From Sphaerodactylus townsendi (lineage: Eukaryota), in assembly GCF_021028975.2 (NCBI RefSeq), contig NC_059429.1:74214001-74278000 (forward strand): 64,000 bases of DNA, in the 5' to 3' direction. The notes beneath the pieces were generated by a model. The model searched no databases. It saw only the letters and a program-made list of their open reading frames with translations, and was not told the origin of the DNA. Made by a program: the position numbers and the translations under genes. Positions within the stretch are counted from its first letter, which is position 1. Each line of letters begins with the position of its first letter. Of the stretch, positions 12,159 to 24,630 are shown piece by piece.

Positions 12159-12204
12159 AAACTGGGTACATAGTTTTAAAACTGGGTACATAGTTTTAAA
12201 ACTG
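12159..12204. repeat. 20-bp local tandem duplication
   Basis: AAACTGGGTACATAGTTTTA x2. Confidence 0.85.
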
Positions 12205-12592
12205 TCTAACTGTAATATAATTTGAATAGCCGTCCCATGAATAATTTCATGTGTAAGTCCATCCAAGGGTTTGTTAAGAGAGTGTAAACTGAACCATCGT
12301 ATGAATTGTGTTGGACAACAGCTGACTTCTCAAAGGTATCTGTGATTCAGGCGGCTCTTCTAGTTTACAACTTACTCCATTCTATCCAAATTAATAGTTC
12401 AACTTTGTGAACTGGAAACAAAGTGGATCAAGAATTATATGTGGTCCTGTTTCACTGCAGATTTCCTTCCCCTTTTTATCATAGTGCTTATTTATTTGCA
12501 CTGTGTTTTTCCATTGGCATGAATTAATCAACCAGGAACCTAGGAGAGACATCAGAAACTGTGGATCCTTCTAAATGACCTCACATTCCACT

Positions 12593-12897
12593 GAGGAGCA
12601 GCAGTGGCGTAGGAGTTTAAGAGCTTGTGTATCTAATCTGGAAGAACCGGGTTTGATTCCCAGCTCTGCCGCCTGAGCTGTGGAGGCTTATCTGGGGAAT
12701 TCAGATTAGCCTGTACACTCCCACACACGCCAGCTGGGTGACCTTGGGCTAGTCACAGCTTCTCAGAGCTCTCTCAGCCCCACCTACCTCACAGGGTGTT
12801 TGTTGTGAGGGGGAAAGGGAAAGGAGATTGTCAGCCCCTTTGAGTCTCCTGCAGGAGAGAAAGGGGGGATATAAATCCAAACTCTTCTTCTTCTTCT
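12593..12897 (+). mobile_element. Full-length Squam3-like SINE
   Basis: GGAGCAGCAGTGGCGTAGG head, GGTTTGATTCCC box, shared body, (CTT)n tail. Confidence 0.92.
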
Positions 12898-13759
12898 ACA
12901 TAATTTAGTTCCCATTGCATCAACAGAACCAATGACACTTAACTCTGGCAGGACTGCTCATTTCACTTAATACTTTACAAAAGAAGATACTCAGTGAAGT
13001 CAAGACTAAAGTTCCGCTAAGTCAGGAATCCTACAGACAGTTCCAGGCTCAGACAACAAATTCTAAATTCTGTAGAGGAAGCCTGGAAAGGAAATGGAAG
13101 AAAGTTGGTCTAACTTGCTTTCGGATGAGAGTCCTGCTGCCCCAAATAACTGCCCCATCAAGACTCCTATACCACCCCATGAGAAATACTATGCTTCATT
13201 CTAACCTCACGTCACTGAGGCTGACACTGAGGGCAATTTTAAAGATGAGTCTTCTAAACCTTTCTGATCAATGTTGCCTAAGGACAGTGCTACTCAGAAC
13301 CTGTAAGCTGGATCAACTCCTTTTATGGACCATCAGCTGTATTAGGAGTCTGATGATCCCAACAGCCAGCAGCCATTTTTTAATGATACTGCACGTATGC
13401 CCGTTCATCTAATATCACAGAGAAATAGTAGTAAGACTGGGATGCTATAGCCACTGAGAGCATCCATCTTGATGGAGAGGAGACAAGCGCAGTGGGAAGA
13501 TGAACCCCAAAGGCTGCCCTGTTGAACAGCAAGCAGGACACAACTAAGCAATGGCAGGAGACATAATACCCTAGTCACATGACAAAAAGAGTTCCTGCTA
13601 CGTCCTACATTCACAGTGGGGAAGGCCCATTTCCTATCTATTTTGCCCCCACTGTTGTTATCTGCGTGCCGACACACACAAGCCAAATTCAGGCATTACC
13701 CTCCCGTTATTCTTTTTAAGAGGGTGGGGAGCAGACTAAAGAGAGAACCAACAACCTGC

Positions 13760-14100
13760 CAAGCACTAATTAATATTTAATTTACTGCAAAATGTACTTA
13801 TTATTTCCAAGTAATTGGCCGGCTGCACAGCTGTGGCCACTAATGAACAGCGAGAGAGGCCCAAATGAGGGGAGGGGGGCAGGGCAGGCAGAGAGACCAA
13901 AGGGGTGTCTCTCTTATTTCTGTCTTCCTCTCTGATCGCATCACATCGCCAAGCTTTAAAGTGCATAATAAGCAAACATTAATGCCTTTGATTTCTTTCT
14001 GTTTGAAAAAGATCTACAAATGCCTGTGCCATTGCTAATGGATCATGTTTAGCTTATTGCACTTTGATGACTCTATTACAGCGCAACTACAACAAGAGAG
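13760..14100. promoter_or_regulatory. Candidate conserved non-coding element
   Basis: Dense TAAT/ATTA cores (CTAATTAATATTTAATTT, GTAATTGG, CTAATGA, CATTAATG); no TE signature. Confidence 0.45.
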
Positions 14101-14509
14101 AATAGAAACAGTGGGGGGGTGCTGCTGAGGAAAGCTGGGAAAGGATAAAGGGCTTTGAAAAGTGTCATTGGCAAACTAGAACAACATCGTAGCTCAGCCT
14201 GAGCATGGAGAAAACAGGCAACAGTCGTTTGTTATTATTGCCTGCATAGATTCCCAATATGTCGGACCCACTGCATTGCTCTCTCCATTGGCTTTGTCTG
14301 GCTCTCTGATTGAGCTATTGGCTTGCTTCTTTCAGCAGGATGGGAAATATTATTTTAGTGGCTAATAAAGGAGAGATTTGTTGTTAATTGGGGGAGGGCG
14401 TCTAGGCAAGTTCTTTGAAGTGGCACATTCATTTGGCAGAAATGGTAACTGAGTGTATTTCTGGGAAAAAGGCCAGTGTGGACCTTAGAAAACACACATC
14501 TTTCTCTAT

Positions 14510-15106
14510 GGGTGATTCTGCACAGGCAAATAGAATGGGTGCAGGACGCTATATAACCCGTTTGGCGGGAGGGACTTCGCACAGGTCCCGCCCCCAAAAT
14601 AAGCCTGCCCTGTTTTATTTTCCCCAACCTGGGTTTTTTTAAAATTGGTAAATCTTTTGAAATCCTTTTGAAAAACCCCGGGTTGGAGCCACTGCTGAGC
14701 AAACGGCCAGGCAAAAGGAGCTTCATTTTCCTCCCTTCCACTGTGCCATCCACAGTTAGGGAGAATCTGCCTGCCATAGCCGTGCCATGGCAGGGAGGCC
14801 CCTTTTTCTTTTTTAAATTTTGTTGGTTGCATCTGCATATCTACATATGTACAGCTGGTCATATTGTGGGACGACTGGCATGGCTGTGGGGGCCACATTT
14901 CTAAATGCCTGCATAGCTAAGCATATGTTGCAGGAAATTTTTTAACAAAACAGAAGCATCTCTGTGTGAAGGCGTGAAAGCAACCCGGATTGTTTCCATG
15001 GGTTCCATTCGCTGCCTACATGGCACTCATATGAACGAAAAAACAGAAAAATGGGTTCCTTTATAATGACTGCAACTTATTTTACATTTGCTGTGCAGAA
15101 TCGACC
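14510..15106. mobile_element. Probable PIF/Harbinger-type MITE, diverged
   Basis: Inverted ends GGGTGATTCTGCACAG / CTGTGCAGAATCGACC; internal inverted AACCTGGGTTTTT / AAAAACCCCGGGTT. Confidence 0.5.
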
Positions 15107-16442
15107 TGTGTCTGAACTGCAAAAGAGAACTTGACAGTGCCTAGGCCTCATACAGGAAATGCACGTGATTTTCATGGTACCCTGGGCTTTGGAAAGCCAC
15201 CTATGAGACTTTGGGGGAATATATGTGGAAGTTACCTGGTTTGGAGCATGAATATGACTTACAAGGAACTGAGGCACAAGTACAGAAATGATGGTACCTA
15301 GTATGAGTCAAGCTTTATGTCCAGGAAAGTTTTATATGCCTCTAAGGTTAGTCCACAAACCTATAAGGGCTTCAACATTATTTCTACATCAGCAGAAAAA
15401 AGATGTAAGTCTGAAGAGAGTTCGCTGGTCACTGTCAGAGACAGAATATTAGGTTTATCCTCTCAGGAAATTCCTGAGTTCCTCCTGCCACTGTGTAATC
15501 TGCAGTAAACCAGATATAAAATGAACTGCAATTTGATAGCTCTTCTACCTTTTTTGCTTCCAAATCTTACCATGCATTCTCATTCCAGGACATTGTGTCC
15601 GACCTACCTCCTGCTGTAGGATTCCATTCTCCTAAAGGGGCCTTTCTTCTTCAGCTGAAATAATTAACTCCTTGACTACTGTCCCGGATATGAGAGAAAG
15701 TCTCATCAGCAGGAGGTGAAAAGGGGTTGTTAAGAAACTGTAATAAAAATAAAGATACCCTATACCTTAAAGGAATCAAAGAGATTAGGAAACAACAGTA
15801 TATCCAAGAAAATTTTCAGAGGTACTGAAGGCTTGACTACAAAGAAATTTGTAATTCAGCGAAGGGAAGATATCATCCTGACCCTGCAAAGGATTGAGTT
15901 GAACACAGGCATGGTATTCCATCTGTACAGAGCATACAGATGTCCTGAATCTAAGAACAGACACAAGCTTCTCCAACACTCAATGCCTATAAATACTGAG
16001 CGACCTGTTCTTTGAGCCTGGGAGCTAGTGATGCCATTCTAGGTCTAGCCATAGTATACTCACTTCAGTCCTTTGTCCTCCTTGTTTCTTGAATACCGGC
16101 AAACCTTTCCACTACCACAACTGAATTATGAATTGCAGTTGAGTTAATTAAATACCGGTAGATAATTTCATCACAGAAAAGGCTTATCAATGCAGAACTG
16201 CAAATTACAACAATCACAATAAGGCTAAACAGAAAGACTGTGGCTTCCTGGAGGTGACCAAGTTTGCTCCATGCCTAAGAAGAAATGCAAATGCTAAAAT
16301 GTCACTCACAAGTCCAAAACACTATCCACTACTCTATAACATTTCACTGTTACCTGACAGGTACAGCTGTACTAGGATATACTACCAGGAGGATGAATGC
16401 CTCAAGTCCCATATTTCCTTCAACAGGTCAAACTATTACCAG

Positions 16443-16510
16443 ACATCTAACAAAGTGAGCTCTGACTCACAAAAGCTTATACTGGAATATGTTTGTCTGT
16501 GGTGACATCT
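16443..16510 (+). mobile_element. Decayed Penelope-like terminal fragment
   Basis: TCTAACAAAGTGAGCTCTGACTCACAAAAGCTTATA resembles a CpG-decayed CTGACGA-GTGAG..CTCAC-GAAA PLE hammerhead motif. Confidence 0.45.
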
Positions 16511-17824
16511 GCATATCTCAGACGGTTAATGTTTCTTCCACCCATTTTCACTCCACTTACATCTAAACATTATCCAGCTTTTCTTATTCCATACATAGAT
16601 TAAAGAGATGTTTGTGTTATGCTGTCAAGTCACTTCTGACTCATGGCAACCCTAGGGAGATAAAAAACTTCCCCATCTTACAGTTTTGCCAATTGGAAAC
16701 CATTCTGTCCTAACAGCCACCTCTTGTCCAGAGCATAGGAGGTACTTCAAAACAATCAGTTGTTGTGGTACCACCATTTAAAAAGAAAAAACACCAGTCA
16801 TTAACTTTTCATGATCTACACAGTCAATAACTTTGTTGTACTGCTCCCTCAAGCAAGTGGAGACCACTGAACACATTCTATTGCACTGCACCAACCACAA
16901 AAAGCAGAGAAGACTATTTTATTGAGCCTCATATCAACAGATGCTCATCTATCTCCGACTCAGCCAAGATTTGGCTTAATATTTTTAATTCTATTAATTT
17001 AATAATTAATAGACTTAATATCAGACAAACTGAAGATGTGGCTAAATTTCTTGTCTCTGTTTTACCAAATGCATATAAACTGAACCATTGATGTTAATAC
17101 CCTTGATCTTTTACCTATGCCATTAAAGGTTAATGAATGAATGAACTTTGTTGCAGTCTACAAAACACATGCTGATTTTCTTCTGACCAGTGCATTTAAC
17201 CCTATCACAAATGCACCACCACCACCACCACCACCCCACCCCCCATTTATTAGTAGGGAAAAGTAAGATATCTGTATTGTACCTGTTCTTTTTTTTCCCC
17301 TTGCAGGGTTCAAAGTAGATGGGGGTGGGGGAGTCAAGTCTAATCTGGAAAATAGCATGGTGAGCACATATACTTCCTTTTCACAGAGATGTAGTCCTGG
17401 ATCTATCTCCCACATGGCTGTTTTTAGGACCAAAAACGTGTCAGAAGACACGTATACGTAATATACTTATGCCACATATACGTAATTTGGCCTTTATTTT
17501 TATTTTATTCCGTTTATATTCTACCCTCCCCCAGCTAGAAGTGTTAGCCTTTTGACAGTGGGATATGGCTCCAAGAGATATACAATATCTGCATGGTTCA
17601 AATCAGTATGAAATCAATAGGGGCAATATATAATACTTATATAAAATGGCAAACCATGTACAAAGCAATTTTATAAAGTAAAAACATTACACATTCTTCT
17701 ATAGTAAAAGTTTTGCCATAATTATTCAAAAATACACAATTTAGGTCTTTAAATATTTGCAGTGCAATCCTAAACAGGTCTGCTCAGAATCCAACAACAC
17801 AAAGGGACTTACTCCCAGGGAAGT

Positions 17825-18830
17825 GTTTTGTTTTATTTATTATTGATTTATTTTGTTAGTTATATATGCTGTCCCTCCCTGTAAGGGCTCAGAGTGACTT
17901 TCAACAAACAATTTCAGTTCAACATATTAAAATCTCAATTATCTAAAAACGATTTAAAATCCCATTTCAGTTTAAATATAGATTTCCACATTTCCACAGA
18001 TTGCCAAAAATCTCCAATATCACTGGAGGAGTAAATTGAATAAGACAACAGGGAAAATGGAAAGGGGAAAAAAGGGCAGGAAAAAGGGAAGGAACACAAG
18101 AGGAACAGAGAGACAAAAAAAGGGAAGATAAAGGGAAAAGGAAAAGAAAAGGGAAGGGGGAGGCCTGGATGGAATAACCATAGCTGCCTCAATGGTATGA
18201 CTGGTGGAGAAGCTCTGTCTTGCAGGACCTGCGGAATTGAACTATATCCTGCAGGGCTTGGATCTTGTTCGAAAGAGCACTCCACCAGGTTGGAGCCAGG
18301 ACAGAAAAGGCCCTGGTTCTGGTTGAGGTTAGCTGGGTCTCTTTAGGGCCAGGGACCTCCAGTAAATTTCAGTTAGGGGTGGGGTGGGGGGTGAACCAGG
18401 AACGCTGGTCCCATAGGTATGCTAGACTATTTAGAGCTTCACAGGTCAACACTAAGTCCTTGAACTTGATCTGGCATGCCACTCAGTGCCGCTGGTGGAA
18501 CACCAGTTGAACATGTTCCTGCCAGAAGGTCACTGTAAGGACCCTTGCTGCTGCATTCTGGACCAGTTGGAGCTTCCAGAACAAGACCTGTGTAGATCAA
18601 TTTGCAGCAGTGTAACCTGGAGGAGATTGTTGCAAGGATCACTGTGGCTAGAATGGCCTGAGTTACGGAGCCAGCTGCTTCGCTTGGCAAAGATGAAAGA
18701 AAGCCATGGAGTTGCAAGCGCTACTTGTGCTTTCAACATAAGAGAGGCATCAAGGAGCTTGCCTAGGCTCCTGACAGGGGGAGGGGGGACCAGCTGAATG
18801 TGCCCCCATGTGACTCTTGAAAGTGGCACC
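17825..18830 (-). mobile_element. L2 LINE 3' fragment, diverged
   Basis: Minus-strand SSRLHCC and LQLVQNAAAR-like remnants, GCCTTTTCTGTCCTGGCTCCAACCTGGTGGA; TTTA tail at left. Boundaries approximate. Confidence 0.7.
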
Positions 18831-20153
18831 TTGGTCATCTGCCCCCTCTACCCCCCCCCCCAGTTGTGCCATTGACCCCACCCTCCCCTGGCTCTGGCCT
18901 ATTCCCTAACCCTGAGCTGGCAACTCTAGGCTCCACCCTGGTTTTTGCCCTGACTGTGAAGACTGCCACCTTCCCTTGGCTGTTTAATCTCAGGCCCCAG
19001 CCAGTTCTTCCACCAACAAGTGGGGTTGTCGTGCCAGTGTAAGGGCCCTATTTGTTGGCTCTGCTGCTCTTTCCTTCCCCCAGATGCATGAATCCCAACT
19101 GAACCAGGCCTAGTGCTGCTTCCAGTGCCTGTGTTGTGTGGGAGGCTACTGGGCTCTCTGTCAATCTCCCATTGCAGTAATGGAGGGTCTAGCCCTGAGT
19201 CTAGGAACATCTCTGGACACTTACACAGGATTATATTTAGATGAGTCCATACACATTTTGAAAAATAAACCAATGTGAATAATAGGGGTTTAATATATTT
19301 GTCAAGAGTCCAGTGGCATAGAGTGGTAAGATACAGTGCTGCGCTCAAAGCTCTGTTCACAACCTGAGTTCAATCCTGATGGAAGCTGGTTTCAAGGTTG
19401 ACTCACCCTTCCATCCTTCCCAGGTCAGTAAAATGAGTACCTAGATTGCTGTCAATAAAGAGCAGATGAGTGGGGAAGGCAATGGCAAACCACCAGTGGC
19501 GTATTTACCTAGGGAACATGGGGTACCCTATGTCCCCGGGTGCCCCCCACTGGAGGGTGCAAAAATTTCAGGTTCGTTTGTGTGTTTTTTGTATTTTTAG
19601 TGTTTTTTCAGTTTTTGGCCAGCAGGGGGTGCAGTTTTTAGGCTAGCAGCTCCAAATTTTCAGGGGATTTTCAGGAACCCCTCCTGCTGATACCAGCCTG
19701 GTTTGGTGAAGTTTGGTTCAGGGGGTCCAAAGATATGTACCCCAAAAGGGGACCCCCACCCCCCATTGTTTCCAATAGGAGCTAATAGGAGATGGGGGCT
19801 ACACCTTTGAGGATCCATAACTTTAGACCCCCTGACCAAACTTCATCAAACCAGGGTGGTATCATCAGGAGAGTCTTCTAAAGATACCCTGAAATTTTGG
19901 TGCTGCTAGCTTAACAATTGCACTCTGACAGCAGTCACCCCCCAAATTCTCCTTTTAAATCCACGTACTTTGGCATGGATTTAAAGGGAGAATGTGAGGT
20001 CCCCAGTTTAAACATTGAAAGTGATGCTGTTTCAGGGTGGGGGATAATCCACCCAAAACAGCATCACTTTCAACTGGGGACCCCAGATTCTTCCTTTAAG
20101 GTGGATTTAAAAGAAGAATCTGGGCTCCCTAGTTTAAACACCATTGAAAGTGA

Positions 20154-20860
20154 GCCATGCCACCGTCACCTCTAGATTGGATTACTATAACTCGCTCTAT
20201 GCGGGCTTACCTTTGGTGATCCGGAAATTGAAACTCGTACAAAATGTGGCAGCAAGGCTCCTTTTGAGAACAACATCTAGGGACCGGATTACGCTGGTCC
20301 TATTTCAGCTACACTGGCTGTTGATCGAGTATCGGGTCATGTTTAAAGTTTTGGTTCTGACCTTTAAAGCCATTCACGGCCTCGGACCTGCATATCTGTT
20401 GGACCATCTCTCCATGTATCGCCCCTCTAGGCCCCTCCATTCATCCAAGGTGGGCCTGCTGGTGATCCCTGGCCCCAAGGCAATCCGGCTGGCCTCTACA
20501 AGGGCCAGGGCTTTTACAGCCCTGGCTCCTACCTGGTGGAACAGGCTCCCAGGTGAGATCAGAGCCCTGCGGGACTTACAGAGTTTCCGCAGGGCCTGCA
20601 AAATGGACCTGTTCCGCCAGGCATTTGGCCAGCCAGGGTACCGTCAACATCTCGCCATATAATACACATCTGGCCTCCTGTGGGTACCAGAAAGGGGGAG
20701 GGGTGGGAGTTCTGAAGGCGTCTGTAATACAATATGGCTCTTAATTATTGGGTACTGACTGTTTTTAATTGATTTTAAATGTATTTATGACTGATGTTGG
20801 ACACCGCTCTGAGCCCTCTGGGGGAGGGCAATTTATTTATTTATTTATTTGTTTGTTTGT
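20154..20860 (+). mobile_element. L2 LINE 3' end (ORF2 C-terminus still open) inserted in the hAT element
   Basis: HATVTSRLDYYNSLYAGLP...LKLVQNVAARLL...LHWL...FKVLVLTFKAIHG...RAFTALAPTWWNRLP; (TTTA)n tail. An opposite-orientation L2-like tail follows (~20850-21060). Confidence 0.9.
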
Positions 20861-21069
20861 TCAATTTTAGTATACCACCCCATCCTCAAGGGGCTCTGAG
20901 CGGTGTACAACATAGTCATCATACAGTACAATAACAAAAGGGGAAATTTAACAACAACCAATGAATACCTAATATTAACTAAAACAGTATAAGCTAATAG
21001 ATTAAGCCCCATAGACTTTAAAATTGATAAATAATATAAATTGATAAATAAATATAAAATTGATAGACA

Positions 21070-21071
<2 letters not shown>

Positions 21072-21127
<56 letters not shown>
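21072..21127. repeat. (CAGG)n tetranucleotide microsatellite
   Basis: About 14 CAGG units. Confidence 0.95.
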
Positions 21128-21159
21128 TGATGCTGTTTGGGGATGGATTCCGCTAGAGG

Positions 21160-21562
21160 TGTTTTGTGAGAGATGATGCTGACATTTGTTTAGTAAATGT
21201 TTTGCTGGGGATGATTTGTGAGAGATTTACATGCTTAATACCCACTTGCGCTGGCTTGGAGCTGTTTCTCAGGGTAAAAACCTACCTCATAGGGTTGGTG
21301 TGAGGACAAAATTAGGAAAGAGAGTTGGTGGGGAGAGAGCCATGTATGTTTTGCTGAGTATGGGGTGATTTGTGAGAGATGATGCTGACATTTGTTTAGT
21401 AAATGTTTTGCTGGGGGTGATTTGTGAGAGATTTACATGCTTAATACCCACTTGCACTGGCTTGGAGCTGCTTCTCAGGCTAACAACCTACCTCATAGGG
21501 TTGGTGTGAGGACAAAATTAGGAAAGAGTTGGTGGGGAGAGACCCATGTATGTTTTGCTGGG
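21160..21562. repeat. ~200-bp tandem duplication inside the hAT element
   Basis: TTTGTGAGAGATGATGCTGACATTTG...CCTACCTCATAGGGTTGGTGTGAGG...CATGTATGTTTTGCTG occurs twice. Confidence 0.85.
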
Positions 21563-22152
21563 GTCGGAGGTGTTTTGTGAGCTGATGCAAAAAATTATTG
21601 TTTGGTCATGGTGGGGGAGGGTGGCCGTCCATATTGGGGGGGGGGGGCGCCAAACTCAGGTTTTGTCCCTGGACTCCAGTTTGCGTAGATACGCCTCTGC
21701 AAACCACCCCATAAAACAAAGTCTGTGGTGATGTGACATCAACCACATGGGTCAGAAATGACCCGCTGCTTGCACAAGGGACTGCCTTTACCTTTTAATA
21801 CCTTTGCCATACAGGCTTCTGCCATGTAACACCCTCCCATATTGTGAATAAAAGTCACTAATTTCAATCTAAGTAAAGTGTTTTTGTTCTTGATGGTTTT
21901 AAGATGGGTGTGCATCCCTGAATAAAATTTCACATGGAAAAAGATGGGTTTTGTTAAGTGAAGGGAAAGTGAACCTTGCTATAGATTACAGTGTGAAAAA
22001 GGCTGGATCTGCAGCCCACAGAACACTCTTGGGAAAGTCAGCCTTTCACTTCATCCCTCACACTTTAATTTAGTTTTGAACACATCCCCTGATCTCCTCT
22101 TTGACTACACATTGTTTAATTTTCTCATAGTAAAAGTATAACTGCAACAAAA

Positions 22153-22601
22153 TGCTACAACCTTGGCTCAATAAACAATAACAGCCCCCTTGGAGGCATT
22201 CTGAGGAAGTGTGCCAAAACAAAACATTGGAGTTTACCGCACAGAGAAGCGGCTAACACACTGATTAAAAGGGCAAAAGGTAAATGTTTATTAGGAAGTA
22301 CATTTAGGATAGTAAAGAGGGAGAGATAGCATGCTGCTATGCTGCTAGCTAGGAAGAGTCTCTGCTCTTACTCCAGAGAAGCAACAGGATATTAGACCTG
22401 AGAGTCTCAGTCTAAGGACTGCCAGGAGGTGACACAAAAGGATGGAGAGGTCACTAGCTGGTCTCCAAAAGGATGGAGAGGTCACTAGCTGGTCTCCAAA
22501 AGGATGGAGAGGTCACTACAGGCCTTTCTAGCTGACCACTTGCCTACCCCTTGCTGGGTCTTCTCAGTTCCTCTGTGCATTAGACATTGCTACACCCAAC
22601 A
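22153..22601 (-). mobile_element. Solo LTR (449 bp)
   Basis: TG...CA termini with 5-bp TSD CAAAA (22148-22152, 22602-22606); AATAAA on minus strand at ~22287-22292; internal 31-bp tandem repeat at 22435-22518. Orientation is inferred from the polyA signal. Confidence 0.7.
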
Positions 22602-24205
22602 CAAAAAGCTGTATCAGAACCGAAATATAAGCTCACAGGGCTACAGTTAAAACATCCCAGCCAAATGGGCCACGGAGACAAGGAGAAACTTTAACAGAGA
22701 TGCAATAGGAATCTCTGGTTTTCAACCATTTCTGTCCCTTCCAAAACCACCAGATGTGGCTAGCATTTGAAATTACTTCTCCAGTTGAATGATATTCAGC
22801 CATAAAATGGAACTGCAATTGCCACAACAAGAGTTCCACAACCTGCTCACCAGTCTTCAAAGGAGTCTTGAAGTGAGCTCATCAAATATCTGGAAGCCTA
22901 AAACCTTCAGAACCGTCACTATAACTGAACATGCAGCTGTACTACCAAACAGCAAATGTTTAATCCAGCAGTACATCACTATTTTACAGTCAACATGGCC
23001 AACCCAACATGTGTTCCTTGTTATGCTCTCAAGTAGGAATAGTTAACTTCAACAGTAACATTCTTCTCATTTTTTCTTTTTTACTCTCAGCAATCAGAGA
23101 AGGGAACTACTGCTGGTTATCTTATAAACTTGTAAAGCTGATGCGGAGGCAGATTTCTGGTTAATTTTGCCTGTACTGTGTTTTCTATTTGATGACAGCT
23201 TTCACACTGAGGCTTTTCCAACCCTGAATCTTTTAAATGGAGATGCTGTGCTATGAACTTGGGACACTATCCATGCAAACCATGTGCTCTACAACCACTG
23301 ACCAAGCATGCCTGCTCTTAGCCTTTGTCACCAGACTCTGAAATTTCTGGAAACTGGTACTTAAACATTCAGAGTCTCAACCTAACAAATGCCAGAGATC
23401 ACAGTTATCTGGTGTATATATGTCATTTTATTTTTTTTCACACTATTCTTTTAGTCAGATTGAGAGAGATACCTGTGTGAAACTTTAGTTTCTTTATACC
23501 TAGAACTTTATACCTAGTTTCTTTATACCTTGAACTTTAGCTGTTTTAAATCATATTGAAAGAGAATGATGCACCTGAAAATGGATGCAGTATTACACTA
23601 TAGGATTAGTAGTTGCCTTAGTTCAGTCCAAGATTAATCTTAATTGCAGACCCCAGCTCTATTTATCAATCTGATTTCCAGAGATATAGAAAAACTGTAG
23701 ACAACTGGATGACAACTAGTAAGCCTAGTCCAGTTTTGGGCTTGACAGTTTGAACATACACACAAGGAGTATAATTACTCCACTTCATGCAATCTGATCC
23801 AACAGCTGGGCAAGGGGGGAAAGTGCCCAATGCACTGGTGTGTCCTCTGCCCCCACCACGCCCCAGAATGCCCCCAGAACACCGTCACCATACCCTCCAC
23901 AGGGGCGCATGCCAGGTGCATCGCCCCCCCCCCCCTCGGTCCCCTTGGAGCTACACTATTGCTGCTGAGAGTGGGACTCCTCAGGAAGTTTGTATCTACT
24001 CATGCCTTGCTGTGTGGCTCATTTGCCACAGCTCTCAAAAAGCAACTGAAAAAGAGTTGCAAGAGGACCTGCACTGCAAATTAGGAATCTGCAGGAGGCA
24101 AATGGACAGGTTCAAACTCCCCTTATTCCAAGCAAGTTGGTAAGGGTGAAAATTCCATTCATTTATTTGTGCTTCCAGAGAACCAACTGAAATCAGCATA
24201 TAAGA

Positions 24206-24630
24206 CAGTGGTTCTTGGAGCAGCAGTGGCGTAGGAGGTTAAGAGCTTGTGTATCTAATCTGGAGGAACCGGGTTTGATTCCCAGCTCTGCCACCTGAGC
24301 TGTGGAGGCTTATCTGGGGAATTCAGATTAGCCTGTACACTCCCACACACGCCAGCTGGGTGACCTTGGGCTAGTCACAGCTTCTCGGAGCTCTCTCAGC
24401 CCCACCTACCTCACAGGGTGTTTGTTGTGAGGGGGGAAGGGCAAAGGAGATTCTTCTTCTTCTTCTCAACCTTCCTAATGCCACGACCCTTTAATACAGT
24501 TCCTCATTTTGTGGTGACCCCCAACCCTAACATTTATCCATTTTACAGATAGACAAGAGTCTTAGGCGACCCCTGTGAAAGGGTCGTTCGACCCCCAACG
24601 GGGTCCCGACCCCCAGGTTGAGAACCACTG
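24206..24630 (+). mobile_element. SPIN/URR1-like hAT MITE interrupted by a SINE inside its left TIR
   Basis: CAGTGGTTCT|CAACCTTCCTAATGCCACGACCCTTTAATACAGTTCCTC...AGGTTGAGAACCACTG; perfect TSD ATATAAGA (24198-24205, 24631-24638). Confidence 0.9.
24216..24466 (+). mobile_element. Squam3-like SINE lacking ~50 nt before the tail
   Basis: Matches the 12593 copy up to GGAGATT, then goes directly into (TTC)n. Confidence 0.9.

Larger units (their letters stand above)
19494..21699 (-). mobile_element. Non-autonomous hAT element, 'A-end' type (CAGTGGCGTA / TACGCCTCTG)
   Basis: Perfect 8-bp TSD CAAACCAC (19486-19493, 21700-21707); internal fold-back modules shared with the 38694, 51723 and 54348 elements; strand given relative to the 51723 copy. 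Confidence 0.9.
19305..21796 (+). mobile_element. Sauria-type SINE split by a hAT element (19305-19493 and 21700-21796)
   Basis: tRNA-like head, AGGTTGACTCACCCTTCCATCCTTCC body, RTE/BovB-like GGGGAAGGCAATGGCAAACCAC, (ACCTTT) tail. Confidence 0.8.

Noticed and set aside
12593-12670. tRNA gene-like A/B boxes
   Set aside because: SINE heads; no cloverleaf, and they continue into SINE bodies.
22435-22518. 31-bp direct repeats resembling a CRISPR array
   Set aside because: No spacers, eukaryotic context, inside an LTR.
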